Source of the DNA: Octopus vulgaris
Taxonomy: Eukaryota
Length of the DNA: 64,000 nt
Assembly (NCBI GenBank): GCA_951406725.2
Contig: OX597822.1
Location: forward strand, 43,958,001-44,022,000
Direction: 5' to 3'
Shown: positions 1 to 12,417 of the stretch, in pieces
Numbering within the stretch: the first letter of the stretch is position 1
Layout of the letters: every line of letters starts with the position of its first letter
Made by a program: the position numbers and the translations under genes
The notes under the pieces: model-generated
What the model was told of the DNA's origin: nothing
The model's database searches: none
The model's input: only the letters and a program-made list of their open reading frames with translations

Positions 1-53
<53 letters not shown>

Positions 54-83
54 GGTGTGTGGGGGTGAGGGTGTGTGGGGGTG

Positions 84-118
<35 letters not shown>

Positions 119-119
119 A

Positions 120-326
120 TGTTTGTGTGACTGTGTTTGTCCTCCCATCGCTTAACAACTGATGCTGGTGTGTTTGCGTCACCGTAACTTAGTGGCTCGG
201 CCCAAGTGACCGATAGAATAAGTACTAGGCTTACAAAGAATAAGTCCTGTGGTCGATTTGTTCGACTAAAGGCGATGCTCCAGCATGGCCGCAGTCAAAT
301 GACTGAAATAAATAAAAAAAAAAGAA
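120..326 (+). mobile_element. SINE family A, 3' half
   Basis: Matches the 3' half of the full copy at 13362-13770 (CCGTAACTTAG..GACCGATAGAATAAGTACTAGGCTT..CTCCAGCATGGCCGCAGTCAAATGACTGAAA). Confidence 0.8.
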
Positions 327-654
327 TAACAATGTCTTCATTACAAATACAATTTGTAAGTGGATCAGCAAGACTCTGCGAGACTAACCTCAAGTTTAAA
401 CTCTGACAATGTTTTCGTGATCTACGTTCCAGAAATTAAGCTTTGTATCCTTCCTTGTCAGAAACTAGCTCCTCGGGTATTTTTTTAAATTCTCCTTATT
501 AATTTTCTCTTATCCTTTCTGTTGAAGAGCGTAGGCTAGAAACGTAAAAGACTTTTTCACTTCCCCGAGCGTGAAACTAACACGCCTGCTTATTGTTCAT
601 ACACCAGTATTCGTAATACAGTTCTATATTTAAGAGATGAGGAATTATATATAT

Positions 655-790
655 ATTATTTACATTTGACGGATATTTGTCCACATCTTGTTTGTTGTTA
701 ACACAACGTTTCAGCTGATATACTCTCCAGCCTTTATCAGGTGTCTTGGGGGAAATTTCGAACCTAGGTTCTCATTCGTAAGGTATTTTT
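655..790 (-). repeat. Left arm of an inverted repeat flanking the Dong insertion (PLE-terminus-like)
   Basis: Reverse complement of 4710-4841 with scattered mismatches. Confidence 0.85.
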
Positions 791-803
791 CGTCGTCGTT
801 GTT

Positions 804-843
<40 letters not shown>

Positions 844-844
<1 letters not shown>

Positions 845-3800
845 TTAACTTTACTTGAAAAGAAAATTTCTAACAGTACACCGAATCGCTTGTCCAATGG
901 TTATAAAGGAAACGCGCCTCTTAGGAGGCTGCCAGCCTGATGGCGAAAAATTTTCAAATGGCAGAATATCTTCCCTGAATACGAACCTGGAAGGCCACTT
1001 AAACGGGATTTGTCCCAAATTAAGCCCCCAAAGTTCACCACCACAACGACCAAAAAATCCAAAAAAGTAAAAGAACTAAATGGAACCGGGTAGAATATAA
1101 AGAAGTAATATATGCTTATTACTTTGCATTAAGTAGGCCAACCCAAGAAAAACACACCGCAAACTCCTACAGAATTTGGAGGAGCCGGAATCCAGCTAGC
1201 AGACCAAACCTGGATGAAAACAGATTAGCAAATGTTAGAAGAGATATCTTCAGAAATACCAGACTCACAGATGCAGAATTAACCTTTATTAAAAAAGTGG
1301 TAGAGAATGACCTAAATGCAAGTCAGGAAAGAAATAACGAAGCTGAGGAGAGGAATGTTGGGCCACAAGCATTGACTGAAAGGCGACCATCTGCCGAATC
1401 GACTCAAGATCCTGAAGAAAGAAAATATGACCCTAGAAAAAACAGCCCGGAAAATGATGTTGAAACAGAATTGGAAAATCACATGTTTGTTGAATAACAC
1501 AGAAAATATATCATTGAAATGAAGCAAGAAGTTCTGAATGAGCTTGCAGTTGTAGGGCATACAACTATGAATGATAGGGAACCACTCCATAAACTCTCAA
1601 ATGCACACCAACATAAAACACAAATAAAAATTGGCAACTGCGTCACACAGGAAATCATACAACAACTAAAACCTGATCTTAATAAATTAAATGAAATTAT
1701 TTACTCTGTCGCTAAGGTAATCGAAAGACGCTGTTTAACACCCAAAAAGCCAACAATACCAAATTCGAAAAGAAAATCAAACTGGAGGAGTAGAATTGAA
1801 ACTGAAATTGAATCATTGCGAAGGGAGATATCAATATTAACTGAGCTAATCTCTGGAAATGATGTAAGATCAAGAAAAGGCAGGAAGATTGTGAGAAAAT
1901 ATGGACATTCAACAAGAGAAGAACTAATGTCAGCGAAAGAAACACTTAAACAAAAAGTTCAAGCAAAAGCTCAGAGAATACGCAGATTTGAGAAAAGAAT
2001 CAAATTCTACAAACAAAATAAGATGTTCAAATCCAATACCAAATCATTTTACAGGGAAATAGTGAGAGAAAAAATAACCATTGAAAATCCACCCCTAATG
2101 GAAGAAGTTGAAAACTTTTGGAAGGGGATCTAGAGTGATGAGAAACCATACAATGAAAATGCAGAGTGGATCAAACGCACCCAAGATGACGACAAAAATC
2201 TACAAGAACAGGTATGGAAAGACATCTCAATCGCCGACCTAAGGAAAGCACTAACAAAGGCTCATAAGTGGAAATCCCCTGGTATTGATAGAGTACCAAA
2301 TGTCTGGCTCTCATCACTCTCGTCCGCACACAAAATGTTAGTAATACTATTTAATAGTATTATGAAAGACCCGAAAAAAACACCACATTGGATGGCAAAT
2401 GGTATTACTTACCTCCTCCCCAAAAATAACAAAACGAAGGACCCAAAACACTATCGGCCTATAACATGTTTATCTACTACCTATAAGATCTTGACATCTA
2501 TTCTAGTAGAGAAAACGTATACGTTTATGGAAGAGAATAACCTCTTTCCCACCGAACAAAAAGGATGCAGACGAGGCTCATACGGATGCAAAGATCAGCT
2601 CCTAATTAATCGCATGATCCTTGAGAACTGCCATAACAAACGCAGAAATCTCAGCTCTTCTTGGATTGATTATAAAAAAACCTTTGACAGCATACCACAT
2701 TCGTGGATTCTGAAATCGCTGGATTTTCAAAATTTCTCCTGTGATATCAGATTTTTTAAAGTATAATATGTCTCTATGGAACACGAAGCTCCAATTATAT
2801 CATTCTAATGGACTATTGCACTCAAACAACATTAGCATAAACTGTGGAATTTTCCAAGGTGACTCACTTTCACCACTAATTTTCTGCATAGCAATAATAC
2901 CACTCTCAAGTGAACTGAATAGAACAGAATATGGCTACAAAATTGACAAGAAAATAAGCTATCTATTTTATATGGATGACTTAAAGCTATATGGCAAAGA
3001 TGATGAAGAGCTTGAAGGATTATTACATACTGTGAAAGGATTCAGTGATGATATCGGGATGGAGTTTGGCCTTGAAATGTGTGGCAAAGCCACTTTTAAG
3101 GGAAATTGGTAAAGTCTAGTTCAATCGAATTAGATGTCGAAATAGTAATAAAGGAACTTGAGCAGGAATAAACCTATAAATACCTAGGAATAAATGAAGG
3201 CTCTGGTATCCAGCATGCAAGCATGAAAGAGAAGGTTAGGAAAGAATGTTATAGAAGAGTCCAAGCAGTCCTGAAGTCTAAGCTGAATGCATATAATAAG
3301 GTTTTAGCCATAAATTCCTTAGTAGTACCAGTTGTTCTTTATAGCTTCAATGTGCTTAACTGGAATACCAGTGAAATAATGAAAATTGACTGGAAAATCC
3401 GAAAGCTACTGACTTGTAATAAGATGCACCATCCAAAGGCAGACGTGGATCGCCTTTACCTTCCCAGAGCTCAGGGAGGTCGAGGTTTGATCCAGCTTGA
3501 ACTTATATACAAAACCACCACAATCGGACTGGCCAAATATCTTGAAGCAACCAAGGATTGGATGCTAAAACTTGTTGAAAAACAGGAAAGACCTAAAAAA
3601 CTTCACTCTATTCTCAAAGAGAGCAAAAAATTCGCTGCTGATATCTTAGTTACCCACCAGATTGAGCAGGCTGAAGAAAATGCGCCAACTGCAGCTGCAA
3701 AGAAAAGAAAATTAATTGCAAAGACAAAAGCACATGAAAATTTAGCTAGTAGATGGGAACAGAAACCTTTCCATGGCAAGTATGTGGCCCGTAGCAAACA

Positions 3801-4680
3801 AGCTGATGTCGACCAGAAACACACGCACCAATGGTTACGAAGTTCAGGGCTAAAAGCAGAGAGTGAAGGTTTCATATTAGCTGCTCAAGACCAAAGCTTA
3901 TTTACCCGGAACTACCAAGCCAATATGATGAAAAATGGAGCTGACCCAAAATGCCGATTCTGTAACGATGAGATTGAAACAATAGACCACCTAATCTCAG
4001 GGTGTAGAGTCTTAGCACCTGCAGAATATAAAGCAAGACATGACAGAGTCGGCCAGTATTTACACTGGACAATGTGTCGGCATTATAAAATCAAAACCGC
4101 TGACAATTGGTATAAACATCATCCTGAAGCTGTGACTGAGGGAGAAAATGTGTCGATTCTATGGGACTTCCCCGTGCAGACCGACAAGACTATAAAAGCC
4201 AATAAACTGGATATCATTATAAAAGCTCAGACAAAAAGGATGTGTTTATTAATTGACATGAGTATTCCCTGTGATCACAATATAGCGGCGAAAGAATTTG
4301 ACAAGATTAGTAAATATAAAGACCTGCTAATGGAAATTGAAAAAATGTGGCATCTCAAGACGACTACAGGATCTCTAGGAATGATAAAAAAAGGTACTGA
4401 AACCTATTTGAAAATGATTCCAGGCTTACCATCTCTACAGGAAGTGCAAAAAATCGTATTAACTGGAACGGCTCATGTACTGAGAAGAGCGCTATCGCTG
4501 TGAAAATAACATCCACCCATGAATTTATTTATTTATTAGTTTTAGATACATATTTTATCTGTGAATTTGCGCGTGTAATCTGAGAATGCATACAATGCCC
4601 TTCTCTACCCTAGGTGTATGGAAAACACTCGGCGAGAAACAGAAGAAAATTTGAAGAAAGAAGGAAAAAGCATAATAATA
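844..4680 (+). mobile_element. R4/Dong-clade non-LTR retrotransposon (RT + restriction-like endonuclease), near full length, inserted in (TAA)n
   Basis: Consecutive ORF pieces 1519-2133, 2335-2766, 2741-3112, 3223-4503 give RT motifs (YRPITCL, EQKG, WIDYKKTFDSIPH, GIFQGDSLSP, YMDDLK), a CCHC knuckle (CRFC..ETIDHLISGC), RHD and an RLE motif (KLDIII..LLIDMSIP..KISKY). (TAA)n tracts flank both ends (805-843, 4673-4690). Confidence 0.92.
1070..4503 (+). pseudogene. Disrupted single ORF of the R4/Dong element
   Basis: In-frame stops at 1497, 2133 and about 3170; frameshifts near 2725 and 3100; RLE KPD motif reads KLD. Confidence 0.88.
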
Positions 4681-4709
4681 ATAATAATAACAACAACAAC
4701 AACAACAAC

Positions 4710-4841
4710 AAAAATACCTTAGGAATGAGAACCCAGGTTCGAAATTTCATCAAGACACCTCATGAAGGCTGCAGGGTGTATCAGCTGAAATGTTGAGTTA
4801 ACAACAAACAAGATGACAAATATCCGTCAAATGTAAATAAG
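4710..4841 (+). repeat. Right arm of the inverted repeat flanking the Dong insertion
   Basis: AAAATACCTTAGGAATGAGAACCCAGGTTCGAAATTT...CCGTCAAATGTAAATAA matches the reverse complement of 655-790. Confidence 0.85.
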
Positions 4842-4897
4842 GTAAATAATGTGCCAGTCTTCGTCTTTTGTTTTTCTATATATTTCAACTGTATGTA

Positions 4898-5033
4898 TAT
4901 AAGAAAAGATAATGGAGAAATCGACAGATAGACATCAATTTATTAACATAATTCCAATATCGGTTGTTCGAGATTGGAGCCATGTTAATAAATTGATGCC
5001 TATCTTTCGATTTTTTCATTTTCTTTTCTTATA
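4898..5033. repeat. Imperfect palindrome / foldback of about 135 bp
   Basis: AAGAAAAGA..CATCAATTTATTAACAT..TCCAATATCG pairs with CGAGATTGGA..ATGTTAATAAATTGATG..TCTTTTCTT. Confidence 0.8.
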
Positions 5034-6117
5034 CATAACTGATAATATACTTATTTGCATCGATGAGAATCGAATGTCATTTTAGTATTCCACCGATACC
5101 CTAGACTAAGCCGGTGAACTTGGTTGCTAACATGCCTTTAAAAGGTAAATATCTATGTAATAATATATATAAAATATATTAATGGTAATCATATGCCAGC
5201 TTGCTCTTTTTGTATGTATCTGTGGTGTGTGTCACATTTACTTGAAAGGAAGAAGGAAATGGCAAAGCGAGAGGTAGAGTAAACCAGAGAGGAAGTAAGA
5301 GAAAAAGAGAGAAAGAGAGAGAGAGTGTGTGTGTGAATGAGACAGTGAGTGGTGACAGCGTTCGTTTTGTGTTTTTAAATGTTTCAGAGAGGAAGTAAGA
5401 GAGAAAGAGAGAGAGTGACAGTGACACTGAGTGTTGACGGCTCCAGCATGGCCACAGCCTTGGGGCTGAAACATATAAAAGAACAAAGAACATATCGCAA
5501 GAAAAGTAGATACATTGCTAAATTAAAAGAGTGGGAGAAGAGGGGCACAAAGGAAGTGAAAGAGAAAGAGACAAAATGAGAGAGACAGTAGATACATAGT
5601 TCGAAAGAAATACTGATGTATAGACACAGCAAATATTGGATGTCACTTTCACTTTTCATTACCACACGGAGATAAAATTAACTTACAAGTGGATGAGTAT
5701 TCCACAGACATGCATATCATTAACATAATTCTCAGGGAGATTCAGCCTCACACAGAATATGAGAAGGCTGGCCCCTTTGAATTACAGCTACAACTCATTT
5801 CAGCTAGCTGAGTGGATTGGAGCAAGATAAACCTTCAAGTGGTTGGAATAAAATGAAAAAAAGACCCTATATAGGGGCAGGAAAATATATTTCGTTAGGG
5901 TCACTATGGGTGCTTATCCGGTCCTAACAGCGGAATTTGTGGGTCTCACAGATCTGGCGGCCTCCAGATAAACACCGATACGCAGACTGTTGCTATCTCA
6001 CTGAGTCGAGGGTGAATACACGACGGAATAGCAATTATTTCGTCTTAGCTTTCACTACTTTTGACATTTTAGCCTTACAATATGGAACATTTCCTATTCT
6101 TTCATCTTTTTAAAATG

Positions 6118-6415
6118 GCACTCTGTCGGTAACGACGACGAGGTTCCCGTTTATCTAGTCAACGAACAGTCTTCTCGTAAAATTAACGCGCAAGTGGCCG
6201 AGTACTCCACAGACATGCATACTCCACAGACATGCATACCATCTCAGAGAGATTCAACCTAATTCAGAATGTAACTTACAGCTACACCTCATTTTTACCA
6301 GCTGAGTGGACTGCAGCAAGGTGAAGTAGAGTAACTTGCTCAAAAACACAGCACGCCGCAGGGAATCGTACTCATGACTTTACGATCGTGGGCCGAGTAC
6401 CCCTAACCACTGAGC
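6118..6415 (-). mobile_element. tRNA-derived SINE family C (degenerate); another fragment at 5672-5825
   Basis: Similar to 23140-23520 and 26030-26345. Confidence 0.7.
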
Positions 6416-6904
6416 TGCCGAAAATTTAAATCTCTTAAACGTAGGGAAAAGGAGTGAAGCGATAGAGAGAGCGAAAGGAAAACCTAGGTCATTTAAAATG
6501 ATAATTAGATTGGAATATATCGATCTTGTCTAGATTCTTTACTTTTAACAATGAAGAAGAGGGAAAGACATTTAATATTGAATATAGGGTAAGTCTTTCA
6601 AACATTTACGTTTTCATTCTGGGAGTTCTAGATCGTCTGTTAGTTCTCTCTTCATTCCCCCCACCCCGGGTACTTACTTTATTTCATAGTTCTTCATGTC
6701 TTTTAGTCGGGTGAAAGAACCAAGTGTTTTTCAGGCACGTTTAAAGCTTCTCCTTCAAACTACAAACAAGTCCTTTCCCTTCCGCTTTATTTTTCACATT
6801 TAAAAAATGCAAATTTCGAATGGAGTATAGCTGTGAAAAGAGCTCAGAAAATGGATAATAACCCCTAGAAAATGGGGGGGGGGGAGTAGCCAATAGGTGA
6901 CTAC

Positions 6905-6992
6905 ACGAAATTCAACTCTATACTTTAAAGAGTGCCTTCTACTACAGCCTTGAGCCGACCAAAGCCTCGTGAGTGAAACTGAAAGACTTCCG

Positions 6993-7033
<41 letters not shown>

Positions 7034-7262
7034 TACATATAATATTTTTATGTGTTTGTTTGTGTGTGTTTGTCTCCCCACCACCATTGTTTGACAACAG
7101 ATGTTATTGTGTTTGCGTACCTGTAACTTAGCTGTTCGGCAGAAGAGACTGATAGAATATGCCCCAGGCCTACAGGGACTAAGTCCAGGGGTGCGATTTC
7201 TTCGACTAAAGGGCGGTGCTCCATCATGGCCACCATCAATTGACTGAAACGAGTAGAAGAAT
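6905..7262 (+). mobile_element. SINE family A, partial, with internal (TA)n
   Basis: CCGACCAAAGCC..GAAACTGAAAGA, microsatellite, then the family A 3' half. Confidence 0.75.
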
Positions 7263-7527
7263 GCCAAAAGACCGTTCTGTACCACTTAACCAAGAAGGTT
7301 CTTTGAATATATACGATTGTATTTTAAGGCTAAATAATAAATAGCAATTTTGTTTACGTTTGCGCAACTGAGGTATTTTGGTTGGATTGATATTCTTATC
7401 GGTTTTAGACTCCTTTTTACATTCTGTAAGTGTCAAAATATAGAAACATTTCACATGTCACCAGCACACAATTTACAGATGCTTTCATTGTTTAATATTT
7501 TCCGTGAACTTTTCACGAGTCCAGCTA

Positions 7528-7579
<52 letters not shown>

Positions 7580-7710
7580 GAGAAAGAAGCAACAAGAATG
7601 GATTAGTTTTTAGTACAATTGTTTCATACAAAGACAGGCTTTATTAAAAGTTTCATTGGAATTGACTTGAATCTTAATTGCTTTTATATATATATATATA
7701 TATGCATATA

Positions 7711-7754
<44 letters not shown>

Positions 7755-7775
7755 CATATGCATATATGTGTGTAT

Positions 7776-7819
<44 letters not shown>

Positions 7820-7859
7820 GTGTGTGTGTGTGTGTGTGTGTGCGTGTACGTGTGCTCGT

Positions 7860-8070
7860 CTGTGTCCCAGCATAGTCGTAGGGCCTTCCACTGACGCTTG
7901 CATGATCGGGGTTTCAGTTTCTGGACCAAGTCGATGTTTGCATTTTTGAGCAAAATACCTCATCTCGCGTTGCTCTGCGATCACTTCCACACCTGACTCA
8001 TGGCACAACGTAAACCTGTTCAGGCAACGTCGAGTGTATGTAGTGGTGGTGGTGTGTATGGAGGGGGGAA
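7860..8070 (+). mobile_element. Degenerate tRNA-headed SINE (separate family)
   Basis: Weak A/B-box-like head followed by TTGAGCAAAATACCTCATCTCGCGTTGCTC, similar to other SINE bodies in the window. Confidence 0.5.
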
Positions 8071-8199
8071 GTGTGCGGGAATATACAGCGCATATATCTG
8101 GTCACTGTAATCATACCTTAGGTAAACAACTCTCGACCGGACTACAAGAAACTACCACCGTATATCACTGGTAAATATGCATACCTCCAACAGTATTTG

Positions 8200-8800
8200 A
8201 TTAGTCTATATGTGAAAACTATCAAATAGATTTCTCCCCAATTCATGGAAAATTCCACTGCCATTATTTTAAACATTGTATACAATAAGAATGATGGAAG
8301 CGGTAACATTGTTGAAGGCTGCATCAGAAAAATCACAGAACGAGTGTTTATTGTCATTTTTATGAATAGACTAATGTGTAGAATGAATAAAAGCATTGTT
8401 TTCTATAAGTTTTCATTTGATTTTCCCCTTTGGTATCTCTTGCTTTGTGAACATGTGTTTAAGTACTGAAATGCAGGTAAATGTTATGTATAGTAAGTAC
8501 TGGTGACTAATCTTCAAACAAACTTTGAAAAAGTATTTTTCTGAAACCGTCTAACGGTTTTGAATCTATCTCTAATTCATATTGCATTTAGTAATGAGAT
8601 CATCATCTCGATATAACACACCATAACAGAAACATTAAACTGATTTAGAAGATATTAAAATAACAAGATTTACGCTAAGGGTGATGATCGTTGTAATCTT
8701 TGTATATCTGAAAAGATTGATATAGAGTTCCATTGAGGCTCTCTCCTAAACAAAATGTCTGAAATATTATCGTTCTTGTCTTCATATATAAAATATCTTT
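8200..8800 (+). mobile_element. Highly decayed Penelope-like GIY-YIG C-terminus (Naiad-like)
   Basis: 8690-8800 translates across shifts to RCNLCISEK...LLNKMSEILS, resembling the CxLCxxEK..LLNKRSE tail of Naiad-type PLEs. Confidence 0.45.
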
Positions 8801-9594
8801 TGATCTATTTCAAAATTCCCAATAGATGTCGCAGGCATCTATTGGGAATTTTGTACAATACTGTTAATCACTTGAAATCAATGAAATTTATTTCTTTATA
8901 TTTGTATGTGCTCCATCTTCTGCATTTGCTATTTTACTTTGTCATTTATTTCAGTGATTTGACTGTGGCCATTCTGGAGTGCCGTCTTGAATGGTTGTAG
9001 TTATTTATATTTACCGCAGAATATTTTTCATTTTTTATCAAGTACATAATTTATCGATTTATTGCTAGCGAACTATAAATTATGGGACATAAACACAGAC
9101 ATCGCTTTTCAAATAAAGATTGACAAAGAAACAGGTAGACAGGAAAATGCATATATATATATGTACACAAATATGGCGTCAGCACCGGTTTCGTCCATCA
9201 AATTCAGAATCTAAAAAGAAGTAACATCAACATTAGCTGTAGCAGAAACAGAAACAAATATAGCGACAGCAACAACAAAGCCATTAACATCAGCACGAAT
9301 AGCGAAAACTTCATTATCAATAGTAACGAAAGCAACAGCAATAATCGAATACCAATGCATTGGCTAGGCTGGAAGTGTTAGGAAAAACTTGCCGATGGTG
9401 CCATGGGTAATTAGGAGAAACGTTATGCGGCACAATGCAATCGTTTTAAGAATAAATGTAAGCATTCAGAAATAATATTATGAAAGATTAATTTAATTAT
9501 ATTTAAGTTTATTTTTAACTTTTACTTCAGCATGACTAGATCATCTTGTTAAAGTGATTGAAACCCGTAAATTGTGAGTAATGTCTTAATTTTA

Positions 9595-9805
9595 AGGCGG
9601 TGAGCTGGCAGAAACGTTACCACACCGGGTGAGATGCTTAGCGGTATTTCGTCTGCCTTCACGTTCTGAGTTCAAATTCCGCCGAGGTCGACTTTGCTTT
9701 TCATTCTTTCGGGGTCGATAAATTAAGTACCAGGTGCGTTCCGGGGTCGATCTAATCTACTGGCCCCCGCTCCACACAAATTCAGGCCTTGTGTCCAGAA
9801 TAGGA
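9595..9805 (+). mobile_element. tRNA-derived SINE family B
   Basis: GGCGGTGAGCTGGCAGAAACGTTA (A box), GAGTTCAAATTCC (B box), GTCGACTTTGCTTTTCATTCTTTCGGGGTCGATAAATTAAGTACC core. Confidence 0.85.
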
Positions 9806-9858
9806 AGTGTCTTAATTTTTCCATGATAAGGTTTTCAAAACTTTTTTTTCATTTTTTT

Positions 9859-9910
<52 letters not shown>

Positions 9911-10684
9911 GTCACTAACGTGCCCGGGGGGAGTGTATGTTAGCACCAGCATTGCTAGAAATAAGAGCTAAAACATCACCCGGCCACGGGCAAATCATTT
10001 ATCTACTGACTGACAAAGGAGAACAACCTCTCTACAGCAAGTGAGGAGTGTCAAATCATCGATGAATTCGGATTGAATTTAATCCTCATCATTGACACAT
10101 GTTCCATTGTCTTGGGTTTAATGGAACTCGTCTTGTCAGTTTATTGAATATACTGCAAGAATCAGTGGCTGATTCGGTAAAATGGTTAAGTGAAAATTAT
10201 AAATTATTAAGGTGATTATTCGCAATTTTAAAACCAAAAGGCACAAGAGCAATCGTTACTAAAGTAACTAACGGTGCCAATTTGTACCATTGTTACTAGA
10301 GATAAGAGTCAAAACAACTCTAGCGTATAGACCTCGGACAAAACATACACACACACACATATTATGGAGAGACATTTAAAAACACACAAAAACCGTCAGA
10401 TTCACTTCAAAATTCAGTGCAGCACGAAATTTTGTCACTGAATACGTCACAGTTTCAAAGCGACGAAAATATTTTGGCAAATTAAATTTAAATGTTGAAG
10501 TGAATCTAACGGTTTCTGTGTTTTTAAATGGCTTATAAACACCTTTCACGCTACAATTGGTTATATATATTTGTTTGTGCGTGTGTGTTTGTGAGTGTGT
10601 GTGTATGTTTGTGAGTGTGTGTGTATGTGTGTGTGAGTGTGTTTATATGTATATATGTATCTCTCTCTTTCTCTCTCTCTCGAT

Positions 10685-10872
10685 CTATTTATACTTGTTT
10701 CAGTCATGTGACTGCGACCATGTTGGATCACCGCCTTTAATCGAACAAATCAGGACTTATTCATTCTAAGCCTAGTAATTATTCTGTCGTTCTCTTATGC
10801 CAAGCCGCTAAGTTCTGGGGACGTAAACACATCAACATCGGTTGTCAAGCGATGGTAGGGAAACAAATATAG

Positions 10873-10904
<32 letters not shown>

Positions 10905-11035
10905 GTATATATACCACTGCTTTATTTCAATTTCTATCTGCCAAATCAACTCACACAAACTACTACACAGTAGGACTGAACCTGAAACCATGTAGTTGCC
11001 TATGCAAACTACTTACCACGCAACCACCCCTGCTC
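10685..11035 (-). mobile_element. SINE family A (degenerate)
   Basis: Reverse-complement similarity to 13362-13770. Confidence 0.7.
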
Positions 11036-12161
11036 TATTAATATATGTATTTATATATGTATTTAAATGTATGCATTAAATATATGTATTTATATTTATA
11101 TGTATGTATGTATATATGTATGAGAAATATCTCCCATTTTGAGTTGGGGGGAATGCATAGGTGAACTGCAGCGTCTTCGTTTTTTTGAAATGGTTAGCTC
11201 CCATCACACATAGTATCACAAGGAAGCTGTCTCATAATTATGCCAAGGGTACACGTGTTATTGGATTACCCAGTCAATTGTATTAAAATTCAAGCAGATC
11301 AGTAGACCGATCAGTAGAATATTCATCGTGGAAACAGACGAAGGATCCATTTGCATTGTCACTTTTGAATGAAATGTAGATGGATGTATGCATACATTAT
11401 GCTTTCTATTATTTACGCTTCGGAATATAAATTTCTTGATGCTGTTTTATATTTTTAAACGATTTTAAGATTGCCTGTAGCATCTGAGAAAATATGGATT
11501 TATAAAACAAAGCAGAAGGATATGTCATGTATAAATGTCTAGAGGAACAAACATAGACACACAGACACAGACACACAGACACAGACACACAGACACACAC
11601 ACACACACGCACACACACACATGCAAGTACAAACACAGACACACACACACATATGCATATGTATATGTAAAAACATAAATATATATGCGTGTGTGTGCAA
11701 TATACGTGTATATACATATATATATGAGTCGATTATAGGTGTGTGTGTATATATATACTCCTGTGGTTCTTGTGTCGTCTCTGTGGCGTTTCATGTTCTT
11801 GTCCATGTCTGTAATTATTTTTACTGTTTACCTATATATATATATATATATATATATGCACGTATGTATTTATAGGTATATGAATTTATACGTATGTAAT
11901 ATTTGTCCGTATATATATATATATATATATATCGAGAGACAGAGGGGGAGAGAGAGAAAGAGAAAAATTGAAAGAAAAATGTATGCATATATAAATATGT
12001 ATTTATTATATCTAGCCACTTGGCTGTCTGCCTGTCTATCTAACTCTCTATCTATTTATCTATCTATCTATCTCCATATGCATATATATATATGTGTGTA
12101 TGTCTGTCTGTGTACATATGTGTGTATGTATGTACGTATCTTTGTATGCATAAATGCACAC

Positions 12162-12202
<41 letters not shown>

Positions 12203-12381
12203 TACATATATATATATATATGTATATATATATACATATATATATATATACATATATATATGCATACATATACATACATATATACATATGTATATATTAC
12301 ACAAGCACACACACAGACACATACATGAATGCCTAAAGAGAGTGAAAGGTGTATATATATATATGTATGTACATGCACATT

Positions 12382-12417
<36 letters not shown>

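Noticed and set aside
844-1070. HDV-like ribozyme at the Dong 5' end
   Set aside because: Plausible by analogy with other RLE elements, but I could not identify the P1-P4 pseudoknot.
9953-9968. Resemblance to the engineered sgRNA GCTAGAAATAGC loop
   Set aside because: Short coincidental tetraloop match without other scaffold sequence.
10005-10160. hAT dimerisation-like peptide fragments (AVERLFS) on the minus strand
   Set aside because: Too short, fragments out of order, no TIRs identified.
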